A stretch of DNA of 32,000 bases from Janthinobacterium sp. B9-8 (GCF_000969645.2 NZ_CP014222.1:1399813-1431812), one strand, 5' to 3'; shown: positions 8,514 through 16,285, counted from the first letter of the stretch. A program made the numbers and translations. The notes: generated by a model from the letters alone, not told the origin.

Positions 8514-9104
8514 TTAGCCCTTTTTAAATGCCATTAATGCAAATACGCCGATTACGGCAATAGCAATCGGTTTCATATCGCCAAGCGATTTACCGTCTTG
8601 TGCATCTTTGGCATTTTTCCAAGCATCAGATACTTGGCTTCCTGCTTTGGCCGCGATTTCAGCCACCGAATTGCTTGTATATTTCGCCAATTCTTGCGCG
8701 TTTTTTACCAAGTCATCGGTGATATGCTGATTTTTACCGATTGCCTCAAATGCGCTATTGGTAATGCGCACACCGTAATCTAATGAATCACGGTTAATTT
8801 CAGCAGATTTAACGGCCAATATATTTAAGCCATTTGCACCGGCATTAATACTGTCTTTCGCAACACTTAACGCGCCGGATATAGCGCCTAAATCCGTCGA
8901 AGTAACATGATTCGTTGTATTGTTGGTAGATCGGTTGCTGGTATCTACGCTGGTATTTTGTGTGAAGCTGGACGTACTTCTATTGGATAAATCTAAATTA
9001 GTCGTGCTGTGATTTGAATAATCAAGCTGCTTTTGATCCCACGTTTGGTTATACGTATTTGTTGTATTTTTGACTTCATTATTTGTATCGCTATTGCCGC
9101 CCAT
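8514..9104 (-). CDS. Asn/Ser/Thr-rich C-tail-anchored membrane protein
   Basis: Low-complexity N-terminus with a repeated SNRST motif. C-terminal TM segment PIAIAVIGVFALMAF. TAATG coupling with the upstream gene. Confidence 0.6.
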   Translation of the reverse strand: MGGNSDTNNEVKNTTNTYNQTWDQKQLDYSNHSTTNLDLSNRSTSSFTQNTSVDTSNRSTNNTTNHVTSTDLGAISGALSVAKDSINAGANGLNILAVKSAEINRDSLDYGVRITNSAFEAIGKNQHITDDLVKNAQELAKYTSNSVAEIAAKAGSQVSDAWKNAKDAQDGKSLGDMKPIAIAVIGVFALMAFKKG

Positions 9105-9487
9105 TACTTTTCCTTTCTCAAAACGATTTCAGCATCGACAAAGCCCATGCCGCGCCAAATTCTGGCTAATGCCGGATTAGTCACATGAGTGCGGATTGAA
9201 TCAAACGGCTCGCATAAAACAATTAATTCCCGCATAGCTTCGCGCAATTCGGCAAGGGTTAGCTTGCCACCGCATGCAACAATTACGGCTTCTTCTAACC
9301 CGTCGTCGAATTTTTCAACGCGCAATAAAACACACCCCGCAATTTCCCCATTTTCGCGGGCATACTCAAACAGCACCGCGTTGCCGGATTCAACCGCATT
9401 GCAATAGCTGTTTGAGTTTCCACGCGCACTACGCTGGAGCTGGCATAAATGCCAATTGTTTGGCTGTTTTACACGTCGTAATTTCAT
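9104..9487 (-). CDS. Soluble hypothetical protein
   Basis: 127-aa ORF with ATGA coupling on the upstream side and TAATG coupling on the downstream side. No secure motif. Confidence 0.5.
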   Translation of the reverse strand: MKLRRVKQPNNWHLCQLQRSARGNSNSYCNAVESGNAVLFEYARENGEIAGCVLLRVEKFDDGLEEAVIVACGGKLTLAELREAMRELIVLCEPFDSIRTHVTNPALARIWRGMGFVDAEIVLRKEK

Positions 9488-9786
9488 TTCTTTTTTAGTT
9501 TCTTAAGCAGCAGCACTAAAAGCAATAATCCACCGGCCAAAAGCAAATATTGCTGGGTGTTCCCCGCTGGCCCACTATTTACGCCCTGACTCATACTTGG
9601 CACCGAGTCTTGACTGGATCGTTGTGACTGATCTTTTTTAAGTGATGTGTATTGCGTACCTCCGCCCAAATTAACAATAAAATCCCCTGTTGCCAGACTG
9701 TTGTTGCCGCCGTAGCGGTAACTTTGATCTGCCATTGAGGAAAGCGCCGACTGGCGCATACTGTTGATGGATAAGGGCGCGCCCAT
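9484..9786 (-). CDS. C-tail-anchored membrane protein
   Basis: C-terminal LLLAGGLLLLVLLLKKLKKK. TAATG coupling to the upstream gene. Confidence 0.55.
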   Translation of the reverse strand: MGAPLSINSMRQSALSSMADQSYRYGGNNSLATGDFIVNLGGGTQYTSLKKDQSQRSSQDSVPSMSQGVNSGPAGNTQQYLLLAGGLLLLVLLLKKLKKK

Positions 9787-10052
9787 TACTTCACCAGCAG
9801 AAAGACAATCACCACACCGACCGCCGCCATCATCAGCAGCCCCGTGTTACCACTTACCGCTGGTAACAAGGTTTGCTGATTTGTGGGTTGACCTGGCACA
9901 TATGGTTGTCCCGTTCCCGGATCAACCATATAGGGCCGATTTGCTGTGCCGAACTCGCGCCCGATATAGCCTTTAGCCGCACTACCGACAATATCCTGAA
10001 TAAAGCCCGTCCAATCACTGCCCGCACCAGCGGGCACTTCTGAATCTGACAT
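9786..10052 (-). CDS. C-tail-anchored membrane protein
   Basis: C-terminal GLLMMAAVGVVIVFLLVK. AAGGCGG RBS. Directly downstream of the capsid candidate. Confidence 0.55.
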   Translation of the reverse strand: MSDSEVPAGAGSDWTGFIQDIVGSAAKGYIGREFGTANRPYMVDPGTGQPYVPGQPTNQQTLLPAVSGNTGLLMMAAVGVVIVFLLVK

Positions 10053-10063
10053 ATTGCGCCGCC

Positions 10064-10858
10064 TTATAGGTTGCCGAGCAGGTCGATATACTCAACATAA
10101 ACGGTAATGGTTTCCGGCCCGCTAAACGTCGGGTTTACTTCAAACGACACGCAATCCGAAGTGCTCAGCATATCGGTTTGATTGTTGTCCACGATTGGAT
10201 CGAAAATATAATAGCCAGCTTGCGGCGTCTTTTTATTTTCCTTTTGCCAAAATTCGTTTACTTCTTTGACCGATTCATGAATAACCGTGCCATTTTTTTT
10301 GATTTCAAGACCGTTTGCGGTATTGGATTTAATATAAATCCGCTTGATGATCGAACCGCCTTGATTTCCGTATGGCAAAGCAAGCGGCCATTTGCCCGCA
10401 GCCGCAATATTGAAATTGTATTTCAACATTTTATTGCAGACGGTTAATTGGCGCGGGCCACTGATAATTGACCAGCAAGTCAATTGTGGAGCAACGGCTG
10501 TTCCCGCAATATCCACTTCCACAACGGCCTGAGATACGCCATTTACCGTACCAAGCGCACCAATAGATTGGCCTACCTGATCGCGCGCAAATAGTTCTGT
10601 GAAATCAATTGTAATGAATTTTGAATCTGTCGCTAAACCGGAATAGGCATTGATTGATTCAAGATCAGCCGCATTGCATTGGTGAATGACCTTGCCATTT
10701 ACACGCATACGAATATCCGTGATATGGGTTTTATTAAACGTTGTGCCGCCCATTTGCAGCATTAAGCGTTCATACGTCATGCCATTAGGCAAAGTCAGTG
10801 TTGCCGTGCTACCGGCAATCACATTAAAAAATGGTAATTCTTTTCGCTGCATTGTCAT
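10064..10858 (-). CDS. Candidate double-jelly-roll major capsid protein (PM2 P2-like)
   Basis: 264 aa (PM2 P2 is about 269 aa). Beta-rich, and sits between the ATPase and the membrane-protein block. N-terminal pattern L.LPNGMTYE..L...G.T......I..IR..VNGK and C-terminal VYVEYI match my recollection of P2. Not verifiable here. Confidence 0.6.
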   Translation of the reverse strand: MTMQRKELPFFNVIAGSTATLTLPNGMTYERLMLQMGGTTFNKTHITDIRMRVNGKVIHQCNAADLESINAYSGLATDSKFITIDFTELFARDQVGQSIGALGTVNGVSQAVVEVDIAGTAVAPQLTCWSIISGPRQLTVCNKMLKYNFNIAAAGKWPLALPYGNQGGSIIKRIYIKSNTANGLEIKKNGTVIHESVKEVNEFWQKENKKTPQAGYYIFDPIVDNNQTDMLSTSDCVSFEVNPTFSGPETITVYVEYIDLLGNL

Positions 10859-10884
10859 TATGCAAAGCCCTTTTTGTGTTTGGG

Positions 10885-10980
10885 TTATTTGCCGATTACA
10901 GCGTCTTTTAACGCGCCAACGCGATACACCACGGCCATTACACCGATGACCAGCAAAACGCTTTTAACTGTTGAATTCAT
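10885..10980 (-). CDS. 31-aa single-TM protein (below the track threshold)
   Basis: MNSTVKSVLLVIGVMAVVYRVGALKDAVIGK, with AAGGGG 8 nt upstream of the ATG. Lies 26 nt upstream of the capsid gene. Confidence 0.4.
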   Translation of the reverse strand: MNSTVKSVLLVIGVMAVVYRVGALKDAVIGK

Positions 10981-11084
10981 TTTTATCAGCCCCTTGGGGT
11001 TAATTGATTAAAGAGACTTAATAATCTGATATTTTTTTAGAAAAGAAAATAGACGGACTTTTACCCTTTAAGGCGTCCTATATG

Positions 11085-11105
11085 CATCAAATACCCATCA
11101 AATAC
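11085..11105. repeat. Tandem 11-bp-period direct repeat CATCAAATAC-C-CATCAAATAC
   Basis: Two exact 10-mers one helical turn apart, in an AT-rich non-coding gap. Flanked by two copies of AAATAGACG (11048 and 11123). Confidence 0.6.
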
Positions 11106-11131
11106 GCCCCCTATTTATTTTTAAATAGACG

Positions 11132-11160
11132 AAAAAAACGCCACATTTGTGGCGTTTTTT
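11132..11160 (-). terminator. Rho-independent terminator after the ATPase gene, inside the leftward gene chain
   Basis: AAAAAAA-CGCCAC-attt-GTGGCG-TTTTTT. On the minus strand the stem is followed by seven U. Confidence 0.7.
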
Positions 11161-11215
11161 GCACGGTCAGATGTTATTTAATGGGTAAAACTCCCGCGCC
11201 CCATTGCATCAGTGA

Positions 11216-11947
11216 TTAGCGAAAGGCGAGCTTGCCGCGTGTTATTTCGCGTAAGCGGGTGTTTTTTTCGATAAAGTGAAAGTCAGGCATATCCAGAATT
11301 TCTTGCGCTGGAACACCTAAAATGCCGGCCATCTTTTTGGCGTGGATCGGCTCATTTAACCGGCCGCACCGAATCAGCGTGGCGTTACCGAAAAACTTTT
11401 TATCAATATCGGCGGGCGTCTGGCTCAGGCCATAAATGGTTAAGCCTTGGGTGCGGCCTTGGGTGGTGCATTTTTTCCAACCGGCGACGGCAAAGGTCGG
11501 GCTTGTGACTTCGGCCAGTTCTTCCGCAACCAGCGTGAGCCGCCCGAGGTGGAACGCGGCCATGCAGAATAAGTCGAAAAGCTTCGCCATTTGCTTGCTG
11601 TTGCCATAAGGAACCAACGCCAATCTAAAAGATTCATTAGCTCGCGCCAACTTAACCATTTCTTCCAGCGAGTGCACGGCCTTGGCGTGCCCTTCTTCTG
11701 CAAATTCCCCTTTCGTATCCCACACCAATACGCGTGTGGGTTTGTGCTCGCGTAGCTGTTCCATGACATAGCTGGTTTTCCCTGAGCCGGACGCCCCTAA
11801 GACGGCCTGAATGTTGGCCTCATTCATGCGCCCAATGGTGGGCATGTTTGATGCCTGTTTGACGGGTGTTTTACGCGCTGGCTTGTTCATTCGCCGCCGC
11901 TGCTTTTTCTGCTGCTTCTTTGGCCGCTTTAGCCACGGCGCGGTCAT
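11216..11947 (-). CDS. FtsK/HerA-superfamily genome-packaging ATPase (PM2 P9 / PRD1 P9 type)
   Basis: Walker A GASGSGKTS, VLVWDTKGE, Walker B LTLVAEELAE. The true start is probably internal (ATG at 11890 or 11845), because the maximal ORF overlaps the upstream gene by 77 nt. Confidence 0.7.
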   Translation of the reverse strand: MTAPWLKRPKKQQKKQRRRMNKPARKTPVKQASNMPTIGRMNEANIQAVLGASGSGKTSYVMEQLREHKPTRVLVWDTKGEFAEEGHAKAVHSLEEMVKLARANESFRLALVPYGNSKQMAKLFDLFCMAAFHLGRLTLVAEELAEVTSPTFAVAGWKKCTTQGRTQGLTIYGLSQTPADIDKKFFGNATLIRCGRLNEPIHAKKMAGILGVPAQEILDMPDFHFIEKNTRLREITRGKLAFR

Positions 11948-12335
11948 GCTTTACGCCCTTAATGGTTTCTTGTGCAATGGGGTACACCACGACCGCAAAA
12001 CCGATTTCTGCAGCCCATTTGTCCAAAATGCCGCCGCTGGTAATGTTGTACTTAGCCAAAAGCGGGCCAGCGGCTACCGCGATACGCTCAATTCGGTCAT
12101 CGGTATAGATTGAATTAAGGCTTGGATAGAAACCGCCCAAGGCTTCACGCGCTACGTTTAAAAGTAATTTCGCCTCGTTTGCGTAGGTGTCATCCAGATG
12201 CACAACATCAGGCACACCACCAGCCCCCGACATTCCGCCGATTTCAGAATCTAGCGCACCGGCCTGTTGCTCAATATGGGCCAGCGCGTCATAGCCGCCG
12301 CTATATGCCGTTTCAATAGTTTGTTGTTCTGACAT
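11871..12335 (-). CDS. Hypothetical protein
   Basis: 154-aa ORF with AGGA 7 nt upstream. Ala/Lys-rich C-terminus. No motif recognised. Confidence 0.55.
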   Translation of the reverse strand: MSEQQTIETAYSGGYDALAHIEQQAGALDSEIGGMSGAGGVPDVVHLDDTYANEAKLLLNVAREALGGFYPSLNSIYTDDRIERIAVAAGPLLAKYNITSGGILDKWAAEIGFAVVVYPIAQETIKGVKHDRAVAKAAKEAAEKAAAANEQASA

Positions 12336-12343
12336 GGGTTTTC

Positions 12344-12607
12344 CTAATTAAAGAGTGAAAAAGCGGATTTTTTTTCTTGTACCGGTGCAACAACCGGTGC
12401 CAGTGTTGGAGCTGGTGCGGAATCGCTTGAAACTGGCGTCATTTTGGCTCGTATATGACTGTCAGCAGTCTGTCCAAATGCTTGTAGCTTATTGTCGCAG
12501 TAGTTACATGTTGCGATAGCAAAGCCATTGGCCTGCTGTTTGACAGGAATCACCTCGCCGCAGCAGGTGCAAGCCATGCGGCCGATTTTTTGCATAGGTT
12601 TAGCCAT
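12344..12607 (-). CDS. Zn-ribbon protein (candidate P14-like late transcription activator)
   Basis: CTCC-x17-CNYC four-Cys ribbon. Start at ATG 12607 overlaps the upstream stop; the track start at 12634 is a TTG. Lies after Rep, as gene XIV does in PM2. Confidence 0.55.
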   Translation of the reverse strand: MAKPMQKIGRMACTCCGEVIPVKQQANGFAIATCNYCDNKLQAFGQTADSHIRAKMTPVSSDSAPAPTLAPVVAPVQEKKSAFSLFN

Positions 12608-12827
12608 GGGTGAGAATCCCCATACGGCGTTCAAGCACTTCGAGACGCTCTTTCATGGCAAGTATTTCTGCCCCTCTTAATTCGTCCCTTTCCAATAGCT
12701 CCAAAATTGCTTGGTTATGGATCAAAATTTGATTGTGAGTAGCTAATGCAAAATCAATTGCACAATCTTTTGCTGCCATCATTCCTGCAGATTTGAGTTT
12801 CTTAAGTGTTCTTGCTAATTCATCCAT
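12600..12827 (-). CDS. Small coiled-coil protein (P13-like position)
   Basis: 75 aa with heptad-like Leu/Ile spacing. The ATG overlaps the Rep stop by 8 nt. Confidence 0.5.
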   Translation of the reverse strand: MDELARTLKKLKSAGMMAAKDCAIDFALATHNQILIHNQAILELLERDELRGAEILAMKERLEVLERRMGILTHG

Positions 12828-14718
12828 GATTCAATCTCCGGTTAATTTCGAAACGATTTTTTTCCTTTAGCAGCCCGTTTTTAATGCCGGGCTTGCCGCT
12901 TTTGTCGCGGTTTTTCGCGTCTTGGGACTCTGACCACTTGGGGCCGTGTTCCCATTGATGGGGTTTTATCTGCTGAAGCTCTTTTTTGAATAAAAAGGCC
13001 TGCTGTTTCATCCAGCTTTCAATCGCTTGTACCTGGCATTTGGTAATTTCACGAACAGGCTCGTTTTCTAATTTAGGTATAGTTATTGCCACGGGTCCAA
13101 GGCTGCGCGCTCCGCTTGCCAAACCAAGGGCAAAATCAGAAGCCAAAGCTTCACGCTTTGCGCCCCAATTTACAGACCATGAATCGCGCACCTGCTTAAA
13201 TTCTCCGGTTGCCGGATCTACTACTTCTTTGACTTCTCGCGTCAAAACCTGCGCACCAGTGCGAGTATTTTTAAGACCGATCAAGTCCTTGACCTCTTCA
13301 CCGTAGCAATTGGCGCGCACCAGATTGACCGGCTCTAACTTGTCTTGGCGCACCGCACGGATAAACGCGGCATAGTCACCAACATCCGCAGCTAGAAAGG
13401 CCGCTTGATTGACTTTGCCGACGGCGATCAATTGCGCCGCCTCTTCACGTATGCCGGTTAATTTTGCGAACACATCAGCGCGGCCCGCTTTTCTTGCATC
13501 ACATGCAGCCAGCGCCAAGGGGGCGGCATGGCCCGCAAGAATGGCCCGCGCTGGCCCGTCAGTGTCAGCGTGGTCGATCAGCGCTTCTACGGCCTTCTTT
13601 TGGCGATGAAACCGGCGCAATTCACGGTATTGGCCGATCTTCTCAGCGCCGAACAGTTGAAACTGACGAATACCCCACATTGACGCCCAAACTACGGCCC
13701 TAACCGCGCCCTCTTCTGCGCCGGTTTGGGCTTCCCAATCGCCGCCCTCTATGGCTGCGCCGTCTGATTTTTTACCATCAATATTTTTTGAGATATAAGC
13801 CGCTGCATAGGCCACCGCATCGCCGCGCTTTGGGTCGATTGGCTTGATATCTACACGGCGTTTTTTTGCGCCCTCTTCGTTCCGATCTTCGCGCATGGCT
13901 TCACGCCGAATAATGGCAAGCGTCTTTTTTACGTGCTCAGGCGCTATGAAAATAATCATGTGCCAGTGCGGCGTCCCGTCGTGGTGTGGCTCTGTTGCAC
14001 GAAACCCGAATAAGGCCGGTAAGTATTTTTTGCTTAAGTAATTGCGCATCTTCTGGAAAATGCCGCCTAGGTATTGCGCGGTTTCCTTGGGGCTAGCCCC
14101 GTTCCATTTGTCGTTCTCAACAGCAAAGCCACGGCTAACTGTCATGCGGTGGTATTTGCTGGGCGCGGTAATCGCAATGGCAAAGCCAAGCATGTTTTGC
14201 TCAGCGGCCACCGCCTGAACTCCCTTTACTCGCGTAAAGAATTCACCGCGTTTAATGGTGGGATTGGATACGCTGGATGCGATCACCTGCGCTAAGTCGA
14301 TTTCTTGCCCGCCACCGCTGCTAATGGTTGCGGCTTCAATGGCTTTTTGTGCGCGTTTACGGCGGCGCATCATGCGGCGTAGGCTTAATTCTGAGATATA
14401 AGGCGATATGCGAAGGCCGACGTTACCGGCCCGCAGCATTTCAAGCTCGCAATGGCGAATGCTCATTACCTGAAGCTGCCGACGCCACCACTTAGCCACC
14501 GGCAAGCGGCTTACCAGCTTAGCGGCTTCTTCTTTATCTTCAATATCAAAGCCCGCAAGGATGGCCGCTTCATTTAGCGCCACCTCTGGCCCCTGATTCT
14601 GTATTAGTCGGGCAAAGTCCTTTGCCAGTGTTTCGGCCTTGTGCGCAATCTCGTCATCTGAGTGCGGCAAGGCGGCGGCAAAGTGAGCACGAATTACAGA
14701 AAGGGGGAAGTCAGTCAT
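12820..14718 (-). CDS. Rolling-circle replication initiator, phage P2 gpA / PM2 P12 family
   Basis: 632 aa. HUH-type motif EPHHDGTPHWHMIIF and the tyrosine motif AVAYAAAYISKNIDG, both characteristic of gpA-family endonucleases. Confidence 0.85.
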   Translation of the reverse strand: MTDFPLSVIRAHFAAALPHSDDEIAHKAETLAKDFARLIQNQGPEVALNEAAILAGFDIEDKEEAAKLVSRLPVAKWWRRQLQVMSIRHCELEMLRAGNVGLRISPYISELSLRRMMRRRKRAQKAIEAATISSGGGQEIDLAQVIASSVSNPTIKRGEFFTRVKGVQAVAAEQNMLGFAIAITAPSKYHRMTVSRGFAVENDKWNGASPKETAQYLGGIFQKMRNYLSKKYLPALFGFRATEPHHDGTPHWHMIIFIAPEHVKKTLAIIRREAMREDRNEEGAKKRRVDIKPIDPKRGDAVAYAAAYISKNIDGKKSDGAAIEGGDWEAQTGAEEGAVRAVVWASMWGIRQFQLFGAEKIGQYRELRRFHRQKKAVEALIDHADTDGPARAILAGHAAPLALAACDARKAGRADVFAKLTGIREEAAQLIAVGKVNQAAFLAADVGDYAAFIRAVRQDKLEPVNLVRANCYGEEVKDLIGLKNTRTGAQVLTREVKEVVDPATGEFKQVRDSWSVNWGAKREALASDFALGLASGARSLGPVAITIPKLENEPVREITKCQVQAIESWMKQQAFLFKKELQQIKPHQWEHGPKWSESQDAKNRDKSGKPGIKNGLLKEKNRFEINRRLNHG

Positions 14719-15095
14719 GCGGCGCGGGACTTCACAAAACCAGCGGCGCGGGCGTGCCAGCTTTTCGCGTAAGCGTCTTCTAGGTTCTTAATCATCATGC
14801 CCATTTCCATGCGCATACGATCAAAGCCTGCAAAATCTACTGATAAGTGCTGACTGCCTGCGAATTCCTGACGTGCAATAATCGCCTTGTCTAGCCTTTC
14901 TAGATCTTCTTTAATCCGTAGAAGCGCATGCTCTTGTGAATCGCTTAACGCATCAACAGCAGAAAGCCCCGGCTTTTGCGCTGGTTTGAATGGTTTTTGT
15001 GTTTTCTTGATTGGGGTTTGTGTCGGGAAATGTGCGACCTTTGACAGCAATTCTGCCCTTGCAACTTGCCCTTCTGGAATATCGCGCAAATCCAT
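14715..15095 (-). CDS. Hypothetical early protein (first gene of the leftward operon)
   Basis: 126-aa ORF whose stop overlaps the Rep ATG (ATGA). GAGG 9 nt upstream. Confidence 0.55.
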   Translation of the reverse strand: MDLRDIPEGQVARAELLSKVAHFPTQTPIKKTQKPFKPAQKPGLSAVDALSDSQEHALLRIKEDLERLDKAIIARQEFAGSQHLSVDFAGFDRMRMEMGMMIKNLEDAYAKSWHARAAGFVKSRAA

Positions 15096-15162
15096 CTAAA
15101 TAAGCCTCGCCTGATGGTTACAATTAGTTGTCATATCATCAGTGAGTAGTCGGAACGCTTTC

Positions 15163-15202
15163 GCTATGCTTGCTATGTTTGATGCGTCACTTACGCGTCA
15201 CT
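15163..15202. promoter_or_regulatory. Short direct repeats in the divergent control region of element 1 (candidate operators)
   Basis: GCTATG twice (15163 and 15172) and GCGTCACT twice (15184 and 15195, period 11). They lie between the leftward operon and the repressor-like gene. Confidence 0.3.
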
Positions 15203-15312
15203 GATGCCCCTATATTAGCCAGCCTATGCCCGATGTGAAGACATCGCCCGTATGTTGGAAAAATCATTTTTTTATGCCAAAACTACAGAACATCCATCTT
15301 GGAAGCCCCGAA

Positions 15313-15648
15313 ATGATAGATACCGCATTCTTACTTTCAGCAATAAAATCAAAGCATTGCGCCCCATCCGACTATCGCGTTGCAAAGATGCTCGATCTAA
15401 GCACGACTACAGTTTCCGGATACCGCTGTAAAGGCGAAACGCCCAGCGATATCACGCTATCAAAAATATCTGAGCTGCTTAAAGTGCCCCCGCACATTCT
15501 TTACGCTGCAATTCAGCACGAACGAGCGCGCGACCCATCGGCAAAGCGAGTGTGGGCAGAAACTTACCGGCTAATTGGTGGGGATGAGCTAGAAAAAAGA
15601 CTTACAAAAGAATGCTTTAGCGAAGAGATAGAAAAAGCAGGGGCGTAA
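15313..15648 (+). CDS. HTH repressor-like protein of element 1
   Basis: The maximal ORF starts at 15226. ATG 15313 (MIDTAFLL) aligns co-linearly with the element-2 repressor at roughly 25 percent identity by eye (VAKMLDLSTTTVSGYRCKGETP versus LSKHLGGSRGLVTQWRTEGKVP; HERARDPSAKRVWAE versus QREKSTERKAFWEN). Confidence 0.5.
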   Translation: MIDTAFLLSAIKSKHCAPSDYRVAKMLDLSTTTVSGYRCKGETPSDITLSKISELLKVPPHILYAAIQHERARDPSAKRVWAETYRLIGGDELEKRLTKECFSEEIEKAGA

Positions 15649-15707
15649 AAAAAGCCTACTCCTCTTAGTCTTGAGGGGTAAGCTTTCATGGGGTGTTTCA
15701 ATTATTC

Positions 15708-15735
15708 CGTAAGCATATTGTATATTATGTCAAGT
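15708..15735 (+). other. dif-like site B (junction between the two elements)
   Basis: CGTAAGCATAT-TGTATA-TTATGTCAAGT. The central region plus XerD arm plus one more base is identical to site A over 18 bp. XerC arm matches the host arm at 6/11. Confidence 0.75.
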
Positions 15736-15789
15736 TACCTTAAGTTTACGCGCCGCAGAAAACGACCAACACGTAACATCCAGCAAACC

Positions 15790-15822
15790 AAAAACGCCAG
15801 CTTCCGAAACTGGCGTTTTTTT
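15790..15822 (+). terminator. Rho-independent terminator just inside element 2
   Basis: AACGCCAG-cttccgaaa-CTGGCGTT followed by TTTTT. In the circular phage form it would lie directly downstream of the repressor gene across attP. Confidence 0.7.
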
Positions 15823-15835
15823 ATGTGATTTCGAT

Positions 15836-16285
15836 ATGCGAATGTATCCCCGCGCCGGCTTTTACCCCAAACCGGCCACAGAAGCGCTTTTAAGCGCCCT
15901 CCTTGCACTTCCTGCCTCCGACATGTGCGACGCGCTCGGAATATCGCTAGAAACACACCTAGGCTATTTAACCGGCCAAATCCCCACACCTAAAATCGTT
16001 TTTCTGTTCGCTCAAGTCATCGCCGGTCAAGAGCTGGGCAAAGGCTGGGGTAAATTCTCAGGAATGCGTATCGAAGGCGACTGGCTCGTATTACCCGGAT
16101 ACGACAAAAAGGAAGGGATTCGGTACGAAGAACTTAAAAACCTCTGGCACACACGTCAAACCCTCGCACTAGCAAGCGGCTACACCCGAACCATTGAAAA
16201 ACTCATGCTTGAGCGTGACTTCTACAAGCGCCAATGCCGCAAAGAAGCCCGCTTCGGCATGATGCTTAACCAGATCATTCCTTAA
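15836..16285 (+). CDS. HTH plus DUF3653-like protein (candidate XafT-like Xer activation factor)
   Basis: N-terminal HTH-like SDMCDALGISLETHLGYLTGQIP. C-terminal GWGKFSGMRIEGDWLVLPGYDKKEGIRYEELKNLW resembles DUF3653 as I recall it. Starts 100 bp after site B. No obvious RBS. Confidence 0.5.
   Translation: MRMYPRAGFYPKPATEALLSALLALPASDMCDALGISLETHLGYLTGQIPTPKIVFLFAQVIAGQELGKGWGKFSGMRIEGDWLVLPGYDKKEGIRYEELKNLWHTRQTLALASGYTRTIEKLMLERDFYKRQCRKEARFGMMLNQIIP

Larger units (their letters stand above)
4753..15718. mobile_element. Integrase-less PM2-like (corticovirus-like) prophage, about 10,966 bp, bounded by dif-like sites A and B
   Basis: Bounded by the central regions of sites A and B. Contains a gpA/P12-type Rep, Zn-ribbon regulator, FtsK/HerA ATPase, P2-like capsid candidate, C-tail-anchored membrane proteins, spike module and SLT. 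Genes are chained by ATGA/TAATG overlaps. Confidence 0.65.

Noticed and set aside
9104-9487. Possible GNAT acetyltransferase call for the 127-aa product
   Set aside because: Only a vague resemblance at the C-terminus (ARIWRGMGFVDAEIVLRK). No Q/RxxGxG/A acetyl-CoA motif. Left as hypothetical.
11440-11769. 109-aa alternative-frame ORF inside the ATPase gene
   Set aside because: Same strand but a different frame. Trp/Arg-rich with no motifs, whereas the annotated frame carries the Walker motifs.
12986-14295. Five plus-strand ORFs (65-106 aa)
   Set aside because: All are antisense within the gpA-family Rep gene, which has unambiguous motifs.
15735-15989. 84-aa minus-strand ORF spanning the terminator and the start of the XafT-like gene
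   Set aside because: Arg-rich, crosses a terminator hairpin, begins in the opposite-strand gene and ends on the edge of dif-like site B. Probably spurious.
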